NCBI GenBank assembly: GCA_963734175.1
Contig: CAVTGC010000006.1
Span: 423,682 to 487,681 of the forward strand
Direction: 5' to 3'
DNA from: an uncultured Candidatus Rokubacteria bacterium
GTDB taxonomy: Bacteria; Methylomirabilota; Methylomirabilia; Rokubacteriales; CSP1-6
Length of the DNA stretch: 64,000 nt
Shown: positions 1 to 8,466 of the stretch, piece after piece
How the letters are laid out: every line of letters starts with the position of its first letter
How positions within the stretch are numbered: the stretch's first letter is position 1
The notes under the pieces: model-generated
Database searches by the model: none
What the model was told of the DNA's origin: nothing
What the model saw: only the letters and a program-made list of their open reading frames with translations
Program-made: the position numbers and the translations under genes

Positions 1-591
1 CCCCATGCGCTCGAGCGGCCCATGCAGGAAATCGGTGAGCGGACGCCAGAAGTCGGCCCGACCAGCACGATCGGGAAGTTTTGGATCTTGCCCGTCTGGA
101 TCAGCGTGGTGGTCTCGAAGATCTCGTCGAGCGTCCCGAAGCCGCCGGGCAGCGCCACGAAGGCGTACGAGTATTTCACCAGCATGACCTTCCGTACGAG
201 GCGGAACGTGATCCAGCGGTCGAGGTACGCGTGGGCTTCTGCTCCACCGGGAGCCTGATATTACAGCCGATCGAGCGGCCTCGGGACTCGCGGGCGCCGC
301 GGTTGGCCCCCTCCATGATGCCGGGCCCGCCCCCGGTCACCACCGTGAAGCCGAGCCCGGCGAGGCCGCGCCCGATCTCGCGCGCCATCGCATAGTACGG
401 ATGGTCTTCCTTGAACCGCGCCGATCCGAACACGGTCACGCAGGGCCCACGAAGTGCAGCGCGCGGAAGCCGCGGATGAACTCGGTAAAGATGCCCAGCG
501 CGCGCCAGAGTTCCGAACGCCGCGGTTGCGGGCCCTCGAGGAAGCGCCGGACCCCGACGGGGCCCGGCGCCCGGCCCCAACCGTCCTTCAT
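1..591 (-). CDS. LOG family (TIGR00730-like) nucleotide phosphoribohydrolase; runs off the window; apparent frameshifts
   Basis: Motifs [23 protein letters not shown] and PGGFGTLDE lie in different frames. ATG at 591 overlaps the upstream stop (ATGA). Confidence 0.85.
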
Positions 592-2309
592 GACTCGATC
601 AACCCCGACACCAGACCGGTCAGGGTCGCCCGCAGCAACACGACGCCCTCGCTCGCCGACCGTCGCTCGGCCTTGCGGAGCTGGCTGGCGAGCTCCCGAT
701 CGAGAAACACGTCGGCGACCCAGCGGGAGAAATCGCCGCGCGCGGCGTGGTGCATGAGCACGTCGTCGTCGACCTCTCGCAAGCCGGCCAGGAACGAACG
801 CAACGTGTGGGCCTCGGCCGCCAGTCGACCATTGCGGCGCCGGAACTGGAACGCCTCCGCCGGCGCCACTGGATGATCGGCATACTTGCCGAGATGCCGG
901 ACGTGGCGGGTCGCACGCGGCGGCGCCACGAAGACGACACCGCCGTCGCTGGTCGCCAGCAGATAGTCCGGTGGCGTGAGCTCCGGCAAGCCATCCAGCA
1001 CGCTCGGGCCGCACCACCCGCGTCGCTCCAGGAGCGTCCGGAGAAACGCAAGCTCGTCGGCCGTCGTTGTGCGTCCGAACACGAACAGGTCGATGGCCTC
1101 GAGCACAGACGACCGCAGGCCGCTCGGCCGATAGGTGACCAGGCAGAACCCCTTGGCGTCGAGAGCCGCGGCGTCGTCGGGCACGCCCGCCAGATGCAGC
1201 GCATAGTGAGCCTCGTCGAGTACGATCCAGTGCGGCAGCCCGCGCAGCGCGCGCAGCCGCCGCAGGACGGTGAGCCCATGGCGCACGAGATCGAGCTGCC
1301 GGTCGGCCGGCAGTGCCGACAGGTCGGCGACCACGCTGCCAGCCGGATTGCGCTCGAACGTCGCCAGGGCGGCGTCCCAGTCCTCGGCGGCGTGGATCTC
1401 GCACCACGTGATACCCCGCACGTTGGCGAGCGACTGGTAGTCGCCCTCCGGATCGATTACGCACGTGGCGTAGCGGGCGGCGACGAGACGCTCGACGAGG
1501 CCGCCGGCCAGCCACGACTTGCCGGACAGCGAGTCACCGTGCACCAGGACGTTCACGCCATGGGCGGGGATGGTGACGGGCGCGGTGGTCGCGCGGGCCC
1601 AGCCGAGCGTGATCCGCTCACGGCCCGAGCGCGGCGTCGAGAGAGCACCGGTGAGGATGGGCCCCTCGATGGCATGGGCGATCGCCTCGCCGCCCTCTCC
1701 GGCGAACACCCAGTCGGCGGCCTGTGCCACCTCGGCGACCGCGTTGCCGGGGCAGGCCGAGAACCCGCAGGTCGCGAACATCTCAAGGTCGTTCTCGGCG
1801 TCGCCGATGGCCAGGACGTCATGGAGGGAAATGCCCAGCCGCTGCAGCGCCTGCCGGACCCCAGTGCCCTTCGACACGCCGCGCGGGAGCAGCATGAGCG
1901 CCGCCCGGTTGCGCACGAGCTCGAGGTCGACGCCCAGCTCGGCCATGAGCCGGCGCACCTGCGCCTCGTAGCTGTGGCCGGTGGCCACGATCACGCGACC
2001 GACCTGAAAGGGGATCGCGTGGCGGTCCAGCGCGGCGATCAGTCGCGGCGGCGGCGCCGGTCCCTCGTCGCGGATGGCGCCGTCGGCCGGATAGTGCAGG
2101 ACCGCGCCGTTCTCGGAGACCACGACGTCAAACAGATCGAGCCGTCGACACACGCGGGTGAGCTCGAAGAAGGTCCGCCCGGTGACCAGGATCAGCTGCA
2201 GGCCTGCCCGCCGGGCGCGTTCAAGCGCGACGATGGTAGGGTCGGTCAGGTGATCGTGCGAGGCCAGGGTGCCGTCGTAGTCGAGCGCGAGCGCCTGCAA
2301 CCGGATCAC
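588..2309 (-). CDS. HAD (Cof/SPP-like) phosphatase fused to a P-loop NTPase-like domain and a small C-terminal domain
   Basis: ALDYDGTL, LVTGR, KGTG and GDAENDL; Walker A GDSLSGKS, IDPEGDY and LDEAH. Confidence 0.85.
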   Translation of the reverse strand: MIRLQALALDYDGTLASHDHLTDPTIVALERARRAGLQLILVTGRTFFELTRVCRRLDLFDVVVSENGAVLHYPADGAIRDEGPAPPPRLIAALDRHAIPFQVGRVIVATGHSYEAQVRRLMAELGVDLELVRNRAALMLLPRGVSKGTGVRQALQRLGISLHDVLAIGDAENDLEMFATCGFSACPGNAVAEVAQAADWVFAGEGGEAIAHAIEGPILTGALSTPRSGRERITLGWARATTAPVTIPAHGVNVLVHGDSLSGKSWLAGGLVERLVAARYATCVIDPEGDYQSLANVRGITWCEIHAAEDWDAALATFERNPAGSVVADLSALPADRQLDLVRHGLTVLRRLRALRGLPHWIVLDEAHYALHLAGVPDDAAALDAKGFCLVTYRPSGLRSSVLEAIDLFVFGRTTTADELAFLRTLLERRGWCGPSVLDGLPELTPPDYLLATSDGGVVFVAPPRATRHVRHLGKYADHPVAPAEAFQFRRRNGRLAAEAHTLRSFLAGLREVDDDVLMHHAARGDFSRWVADVFLDRELASQLRKAERRSASEGVVLLRATLTGLVSGLIES

Positions 2310-2321
2310 GAGGCGACAGAG

Positions 2322-2337
2322 AGCAATGGCCCTGCCA
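2322..2337 (-). promoter_or_regulatory. sigma54 (-24/-12) promoter of the HAD-LOG operon
   Basis: Minus strand reads TGGCAG-GGCCA-TTGCT (GG-N10-GC). Confidence 0.7.
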
Positions 2338-2776
2338 CACCGTCCCGCACGTCAAAACACCGGGATTCATACCATTGGCCACGACCGGCCACCTACCCGG
2401 AGTGAGGCGTGGCGACCTCACCCGCACATCACTGCGGCGTTGTCCCCACCGCCGCGCGTCACCCTGCCCTTTGAGATCATCGACGTCAGGCCGTTCTCGA
2501 CCGGTGACATCGCGACGGTGTTCGATCGGACCCACACGCTGGTGCGGTCTTGCGCGGCCCAGATCGAGGCAGGCCAGTGGATCTCGCACGGTTCCCGCTG
2601 ACAAGGTATCCCGATCGTACGCGTACCGTACGAGTTTGAGGACGCGGGCGAGCCGACGCTGGCGGCATTCGTGGATCGATGGCTGGTTGGGGCCCGCACG
2701 TCCCAGCGAGGCGAGGCCGCCCCACCCGCCCGTGGGGCGTGGTCTCTAACGTGCGGTATTTGCTTGCCGGTTGGCG

Positions 2777-2792
2777 TGGCACAGACGTTGCC
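2777..2792 (+). promoter_or_regulatory. sigma54 promoter of the USP operon
   Basis: TGGCAC-AGACG-TTGCC, about 55 bp upstream of the AGGAGG RBS/ATG 2849. Confidence 0.75.
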
Positions 2793-2848
2793 CTACTCGA
2801 CATTCAAGTGTGAGCAGCTACAACCAACCATCAGGAGGAGGGCGGCAA

Positions 2849-3334
2849 ATGAACCTCAAGACGATCCTCGTTCCACTCGACGGTTCGACCGTTGCCGAGG
2901 CGGCGCTGGCGCCCGCCGTGGGCCTGGCGCAGGAGGCCGGCGCCAAACTCGTGCTGGTACGGGCCGCCGAAGTTCGCACCCTGCCGCTCGGTGATCCGAT
3001 CGAGGATCAGACCGAGGTGATACGCGAAGCCCAGGAATATCTGGCGACAGCGCGCGCTCAGGTGATGGCGGCCGGGGTCTTCGACGTCGAAGTCTCGGCC
3101 TGGTACGGGCCTGCCGTGGAGGCCATCGTGGAGGCGGCGCGATATCGCGCCGCCGATCTCATCGTGATGTCGAGCCACGGCCGCAGCGGCGTGGCTCGAT
3201 TGGTGATGGGCAGCGTCACCGAACGCGTGCTGCGCGGAACGTCGGTGCCGATCCTCGTGGTCCGTCCCGACGGCGCTCCACTCGACACGCTGCTCAGGGG
3301 CGCCTCCTCCGCCAAGGAGATGTCCCATGCATAG
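2849..3334 (+). CDS. Universal stress protein
   Basis: ILVPLDGS ... DLIVMSSHGRSG ... GSVTERVLR. Confidence 0.95.
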   Translation: MNLKTILVPLDGSTVAEAALAPAVGLAQEAGAKLVLVRAAEVRTLPLGDPIEDQTEVIREAQEYLATARAQVMAAGVFDVEVSAWYGPAVEAIVEAARYRAADLIVMSSHGRSGVARLVMGSVTERVLRGTSVPILVVRPDGAPLDTLLRGASSAKEMSHA

Positions 3335-3806
3335 CTACAAGCGCGTGCTCGTCGCGCTCGACGGCTCGACGGCCTGTGAGGCGGTGCTGCGCTTCCTGAT
3401 GGAGATCGCGGGTCCGCTCGACATGACCGTCATGCTCCTGCATGTCCTGGAGCCCATCACGCCGCAGGCGGCCGAAGGCACCGTCGTCCTCGACGACGTC
3501 GAGGCGCGGCGGCGCGAGGCCGAGGAGTACCTGGCTCCCATCTCGGCGGCGCTGCGCTCACAGGGCGTGGACACCGCCTGGGCGATCCGGCGCGGTCGTC
3601 CCGCCGACGAGATCCTGGCCGCCGCGCAAGAGGGCAGCGTGGACCTGATCGCCATGGCGACGCATGGCCGCACCGGCGTCGGCCGTCTCCTTTTCGGCTC
3701 GGTGGCCGAGGCCGTCCTCCGCCGGGCCACCGTGCCGGTCTTCATGATCCGCTCACCTCACACGGTGCAGGTGGCCCAGGCCGCCAGAGAGGTATCCGTT
3801 CGATGA
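3327..3806 (+). CDS. Universal stress protein
   Basis: VLVALDGS ... DLIAMATHGRTG ... GSVAEAVLR. Confidence 0.95.
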   Translation: MHSYKRVLVALDGSTACEAVLRFLMEIAGPLDMTVMLLHVLEPITPQAAEGTVVLDDVEARRREAEEYLAPISAALRSQGVDTAWAIRRGRPADEILAAAQEGSVDLIAMATHGRTGVGRLLFGSVAEAVLRRATVPVFMIRSPHTVQVAQAAREVSVR

Positions 3807-4249
3807 GCCGTTGCGTGCTTCACCCCACTGACTTCTCGAAAGCGTCCACCCCCGCGTTCACCCGGAGCCTCGCCGAGGCCCGCGAGAACCGGAGCGAGCT
3901 CGTGCTCGTGCACGTGCTGTCGCCGATGATCCCGATGGCCGCAGCCGGCGAGCCGCCGCTGAGCCCTTCCGTGTACCAGCAGTTGAACAAGTCGGCCCGG
4001 GCGTGGGCGCAGAAGCAGATGGATCGCCTGCTCGCCAAGGCCAAGACGGCGCGTGTGCGGGCGCGGGGCGTCCTGCTCGAGGGTGTGACGCACGAGCAGA
4101 TCGTGCGGGCGGCCAAACGGCAGCGGGCCGACATGATCGTCATCGGGACGCACGGCCGCACCGGTGTCGCCAGGTTCTTTCTCGGCAGCGTGGCCGCTCG
4201 GGTGACGGCGGCGGCGCCCTGCCCTGTCCTAACCGTCAGGGGTCGATAG
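3803..4249 (+). CDS. Universal stress protein
   Basis: VLHPTDFS ... IVIGTHGRTG ... GSVAARV ... CPVLTVR. Confidence 0.95.
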   Translation: MSRCVLHPTDFSKASTPAFTRSLAEARENRSELVLVHVLSPMIPMAAAGEPPLSPSVYQQLNKSARAWAQKQMDRLLAKAKTARVRARGVLLEGVTHEQIVRAAKRQRADMIVIGTHGRTGVARFFLGSVAARVTAAAPCPVLTVRGR

Positions 4250-4298
4250 CAGTGCCGATCGGCGCTCAGGTCCGAGCCGGAGCCGAGGGAGGTCGGTG

Positions 4299-4904
4299 AT
4301 GAGCCTGCTTCATGAACCTCGCGAGATGCACGAGGCGTCGACGTGGTCATTGGTGGGGGTGGCGCTGTTGATGATCGGCAGTGCGCTCGGTTTCATGCTG
4401 ATGACCGGGCCGTTCACGCACCTGCTCGGCGCCGGCGCCGGCGCCATGCCGGCGGCGATCCACGGACTTACGGCGTTCCTGTACCTGTTCGTGGGCACGA
4501 TTGGCCTCTACCTCGGCTGGCGCCTCCTGACCGGGCGCATCAGCGCCTTCGCGGACCTGCAGCTGCTGGCGGTCGTCATGGCGACGTTATCCTTCCTGGC
4601 CATCGTCTTCGGCAACTGGCTCTACATCTACTACCGGGCCAAGGACCCGGGGAGCCCGCGATCCTATTTCATGGCGAACTCGCCGGAGGTCCACAAGATC
4701 TTCTTCGAGTTCAAAGAGTTCGGCGCGCTCTTCACGCTGCCGCTCACGGTGTGCGCGGCTTTCGTCCTCTGGCGCTACGGCCGGCAAGTCATGGAGCAGC
4801 CGTGGTTGCGCTATACCGTGGCGGTCCTTCTCGGCCTGTCGTTCTTTTACCTGGTCGTGGCGTTCGGACTGGGCGCGGCCGTCACCAAGCTGAAGCCGGC
4901 ATAG
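4299..4904 (+). CDS. Uncharacterised integral membrane protein (about 5 TM)
   Basis: Strong GC3 bias, RBS and hydrophobic segments; motif YRA..P..H...EFKE. Confidence 0.8.
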   Translation: MSLLHEPREMHEASTWSLVGVALLMIGSALGFMLMTGPFTHLLGAGAGAMPAAIHGLTAFLYLFVGTIGLYLGWRLLTGRISAFADLQLLAVVMATLSFLAIVFGNWLYIYYRAKDPGSPRSYFMANSPEVHKIFFEFKEFGALFTLPLTVCAAFVLWRYGRQVMEQPWLRYTVAVLLGLSFFYLVVAFGLGAAVTKLKPA

Positions 4905-4924
4905 CCGGCGAGGGAGAAGCAGCC

Positions 4925-5335
4925 ATGACCATCGATGTCCTGGAAGTAAAAGTGGCGGGTGACGTGGGAGTCCCGACGATCTCGACCCGGCCACGGCGGG
5001 CGACCGGCGAAGCCGTGGCGGCCCTCATGGCGGCGATGATCGGCATGCTCACGCTGGCCATGGTGAACCAGTTCACCGCGATCTCCCCGGGCTTCAATAC
5101 GTGGGTCCATTCGGTCGGCCGGCTCTGGATGCCCGGCGCGGCGGGGATCGGGCCGTACTCTGGTAAGGAGACGCTGGCGGTTGTCGGCTGGCTGGTGAGC
5201 TGGGCGGTGCTGCATCCGGCGCTCAGGGCGCGCGAGCTCACCCTGTCACGCTGGCTGATCGCGTTCCTCGTCGGCGTCGGTCTCGCCACCACGCTGATCT
5301 GGCCGCCGGTGTTCGAATACTTTGCCGGGCACTAG
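4925..5335 (+). CDS. Uncharacterised membrane protein (3 TM)
   Basis: RBS AGGGAG, ATG 4925; GIGPYSGKE lies between TM segments. Confidence 0.8.
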   Translation: MTIDVLEVKVAGDVGVPTISTRPRRATGEAVAALMAAMIGMLTLAMVNQFTAISPGFNTWVHSVGRLWMPGAAGIGPYSGKETLAVVGWLVSWAVLHPALRARELTLSRWLIAFLVGVGLATTLIWPPVFEYFAGH

Positions 5336-5345
5336 AGGAGTCGTG

Positions 5346-6455
5346 ATGACCCTCGCCCTCGACACGGCCCGGCTCGACGAGTACCTGGCCCGCCTGTTCG
5401 GCGAGCCGGTCGAGATGGTCGCGCTGCGCTCGCTCGGGGGCGAGGTGATCGACGATCCCAAAGGTTTCGGTTACGGCCAGCCGTTCGAGATCGAGTGCCG
5501 AGTGGCCGGCCAGCTGCGTCGGCTCGTCGTGAGCCGTACGCGCCCGGCCCAGGGCTTCGGCCACGACTATCCGGCCGACCGGGCCTGGCAGGCGCTGTAC
5601 GGCCACGCCGCCTACAACGATTTCCCGCGCCACGTCCGTAGCCTCGACGTCGGCTTCCTGCGTCCCTCGGGTGAGCTCGTGTCGGCGGCCGACGCCGTCG
5701 ACTTCTTCCAGCTCGTCGAAAAGGCCGAAGGGCATCTCTACTGGCTCGACCTGGACCGGCTGCTGGACGGCACGCTCGATCCGCTCGACACGCAGCGCAC
5801 GCAGGCACTGGCCCGATTCCTGGCCGGCGCCCACGCCACCAAGCGCGACGAGCCGACGCTGTACGCTCGGCGCATCCGGGAGCTGGTCGGACACGGCGAG
5901 TGCGTCATGGGCATCCTCGACAGCTATCCGCACCCCTCGCCCGTGCTGCCGTTGGCGGCGTGCGAGGCAATGGAGACGGCGATGGTGCGGTGGCGCTGGC
6001 GACTACGCGATCGCGCCCACCGTCTGTCGCGCACCCACGGAGACTTTCACCCGTGGAACATCCTGTTTCGCGAGGGGACGGACTTCAGTGTCCTCGACCG
6101 CAGCCGCGGCGAGTGGGGCGAGCCGGCCGATGACGTAGCCGCGCTGGCCATCAACTATCTCTTCTTCGGCATGCGCAGAGCTGCCCGGCACGGCGAGCGG
6201 GGCGTCGCCGAGCCATTGCGAGGCCTCTTCCACGACTTCCTGAACACGTACATCGAGACCAGCCGCGACTACGAGCTGCTCGAGACGCTGCCCCCGTTCC
6301 TCGCCTTCCGCGCGTTGGTCCTGGCCCATCCGCGCTGGTATCCGGACCTGCCGGGTTCGGTGCGCTCGGACCTCGCCCACCTGGCGGGCTCACTGACACG
6401 GCTGACTCGGTTCGATCCGGCTGACGTGTCGTGGCTATGCGGAGTTGCCCGATGA
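5346..6455 (+). CDS. Aminoglycoside phosphotransferase-like (APH fold) kinase
   Basis: Brenner motif HGDFHPWNILF followed by LDRS..WGEPADD. Confidence 0.85.
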   Translation: MTLALDTARLDEYLARLFGEPVEMVALRSLGGEVIDDPKGFGYGQPFEIECRVAGQLRRLVVSRTRPAQGFGHDYPADRAWQALYGHAAYNDFPRHVRSLDVGFLRPSGELVSAADAVDFFQLVEKAEGHLYWLDLDRLLDGTLDPLDTQRTQALARFLAGAHATKRDEPTLYARRIRELVGHGECVMGILDSYPHPSPVLPLAACEAMETAMVRWRWRLRDRAHRLSRTHGDFHPWNILFREGTDFSVLDRSRGEWGEPADDVAALAINYLFFGMRRAARHGERGVAEPLRGLFHDFLNTYIETSRDYELLETLPPFLAFRALVLAHPRWYPDLPGSVRSDLAHLAGSLTRLTRFDPADVSWLCGVAR

Positions 6456-7537
6456 GCTGGGCAATCTGGATCACCGGCCTGCCGGGCAGCGGCAAGTCGA
6501 CCATCGCCCGCGCGGCGGCGGCCCGGCTGGCCGAGGCGGGCGCGCCGGTCGCGCTCCTCGAGCTGGACCGGATGCGCGCGGTCGTCACGCCACACCCGAC
6601 GTACTCGGAGTCGGAGCGCGAGATCGTCTACCGATCGCTGGTGTTCGCGGCGGCCTCGCTGACCGAGGCCGGTGTGCCGGTCATCGTCGACGCCACCGCC
6701 CACCGGCGCGCCTGGCGCGACCTCGCCCGCGCATCGATCAAGGGCTTCGCCGAGGTGCAGATCGACTGCCCCCTGGAGGTGGCCCGCGTCCGCGAAGGAG
6801 CACGCGTTGGCGGCGCCGCGCCTCGCGCCATCTATGCCGGCGCCGGCGCGCCGGGCGCCACCGTGCCGGGAGTCAACGTGCCCTACGAGCGCGCAGTAGC
6901 GCCCGAGCTCACCGTCGACACCGTCGCCGAGGACGCCGCGGTGGCCGGCGATCGGATCGCGGCGCTCGGGCTGTCCCTGGGAGCGGCAGGACGCCGGCCT
7001 GAGGCGCCCGGCGGAGCGGTGCTCTGGCTCACCGGTCCGCCCGGTAGCGGCAAGACGACGCTGGCCTCGCGCATGACCGAGCGGCTGGCGGTCGAGGGTG
7101 TGGCCGCGACCATTCTCGAATGGGCGGCGCTGCGCCCTCTCGCCCTGACGGCGCCTTGGGCCGCCGAGCACGACGAGGAGATCGCGCACCGCGCCCTCGC
7201 CTACACGGCCAAATTGCTCGCCGACGCCGGCCTCGTGGTCGTGGTGGACGCCACGGCGCCCCGCCGCGCGTGGCGCGCGCTGGCCCGGGAGATCGTCGAC
7301 GCCTTCGCCGAGGTCCAGCTCGTCTGTCCCTCCCATGTCTGCCTGGACCGCGAGCGGGCGGTGCGCTGGGGGCCGCACGCCGGCGTGACCACGGCGGCGC
7401 CCGATCTGGCCATCGAGTACGAGTACGCGTTCAACCCAGACCTACTGCTCGACACCGAGACGCGGAGCGAGTGGACGGCTGCTGAGGATCTCGTTGCCTT
7501 CGCTCGCCGCCTGCTCACTCGTGCCGCAACCCGATAG
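6452..7537 (+). CDS. Tandem adenylylsulfate-kinase-like P-loop kinase (two domains)
   Basis: Two Walker A motifs (ITGLPGSGKST, LTGPPGSGKTT), each followed by VDATA..R.WR.LAR and EV...CP. Confidence 0.85.
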   Translation: MSWAIWITGLPGSGKSTIARAAAARLAEAGAPVALLELDRMRAVVTPHPTYSESEREIVYRSLVFAAASLTEAGVPVIVDATAHRRAWRDLARASIKGFAEVQIDCPLEVARVREGARVGGAAPRAIYAGAGAPGATVPGVNVPYERAVAPELTVDTVAEDAAVAGDRIAALGLSLGAAGRRPEAPGGAVLWLTGPPGSGKTTLASRMTERLAVEGVAATILEWAALRPLALTAPWAAEHDEEIAHRALAYTAKLLADAGLVVVVDATAPRRAWRALAREIVDAFAEVQLVCPSHVCLDRERAVRWGPHAGVTTAAPDLAIEYEYAFNPDLLLDTETRSEWTAAEDLVAFARRLLTRAATR

Positions 7538-7546
7538 GAGGATCCC

Positions 7547-7960
7547 ATGCGTGTGCGCGACCTCATGACCGCCAAGCCGATCACCGTCGATCCGGAGACG
7601 CCGATGCTGGAGGCCCGGCAGCGCATGCTCCGAGAGCGGATCCGTCACCTCGTCGTGCTCGACGACGCCCGCGTGGTCGGCATCGTCACCGATCGCGACG
7701 TCCGGCTCAACCTGCCGTCACCGGCCACGAGCCTGTCGGTGTGGGAGATCAACTACCTGCTGCCGGGGGTCACCGTGGGCGGTGTCATGACGACGTCGGT
7801 CATCGTCGTGGATCCCGACCGGCCAATCGCCGAGGCCGCCCGGATCATGATGGACCACAAGATCGGGGCGCTTCCTGTAGTCGAGGAGGGGCGCCTGGTG
7901 GGCATCATCACGGAGTCGGACTTCGTCCGGGCGATGGCGGGGTCGAGCCACGCCGCATGA
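7547..7960 (+). CDS. CBS-domain pair protein (AcuB/Hrp1-like)
   Basis: IRHLVV..VVGIVTDRD; IGALPVV..LVGIITESD. Confidence 0.95.
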   Translation: MRVRDLMTAKPITVDPETPMLEARQRMLRERIRHLVVLDDARVVGIVTDRDVRLNLPSPATSLSVWEINYLLPGVTVGGVMTTSVIVVDPDRPIAEAARIMMDHKIGALPVVEEGRLVGIITESDFVRAMAGSSHAA

Positions 7961-8388
7961 CTGGAATGATCCTCGTCGTCGACGACGAGCGGGACCTGGC
8001 CGCGACCTGCGAGCGACTGCTGAACCGTCGCGGATGGAACGTGACCATCGCTGGCAGCCGCGAGGCGGCACTGACCATGCTCGCTCGTCAGCCCCGGCCA
8101 GTGCTGGCCATCGTCGATCGCCAGCTACCCGACGGCGACGGCGTCGATGTCCTCCGAGCAGCGCTGGCCGTCAACACACCGGTCATCGTGGTCACCGGCT
8201 ACGGATCAGGGGCGACGCGACGGCTCGCGCTGGACGAGGGCGCCGCCGGCTTCCTCGCCAAGCCCTTCTCCGCGCGTGATCTGTTGCAGCTGGTGCGAGA
8301 GATCATCGGCGAGGGCTCCGACCCGGGGGCCGTGCCCGCAAATCGACCGCCGGCTCCCGATCCTCCAGGGTCGGGCATACACTCCTGA
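7957..8388 (+). CDS. Single-domain response regulator
   Basis: ILVVDDE, IVDRQLPDGDG, VVTG, LAKPF. Confidence 0.9.
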   Translation: MTGMILVVDDERDLAATCERLLNRRGWNVTIAGSREAALTMLARQPRPVLAIVDRQLPDGDGVDVLRAALAVNTPVIVVTGYGSGATRRLALDEGAAGFLAKPFSARDLLQLVREIIGEGSDPGAVPANRPPAPDPPGSGIHS

Positions 8389-8466
8389 GCATCTGGAATG
8401 TACTCTCCCGACGAAGCTGGCGACGAGGAACGCATGAGCGACGGCCGTAAGGGAACGGAGTCATCC

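Noticed and set aside
747-2405. Long antisense/shadow ORFs (also 9511-10788, 22295-23719, 52987-55107, 55225-56910)
   Set aside because: They lie opposite well-supported genes, an expected artefact of high GC.
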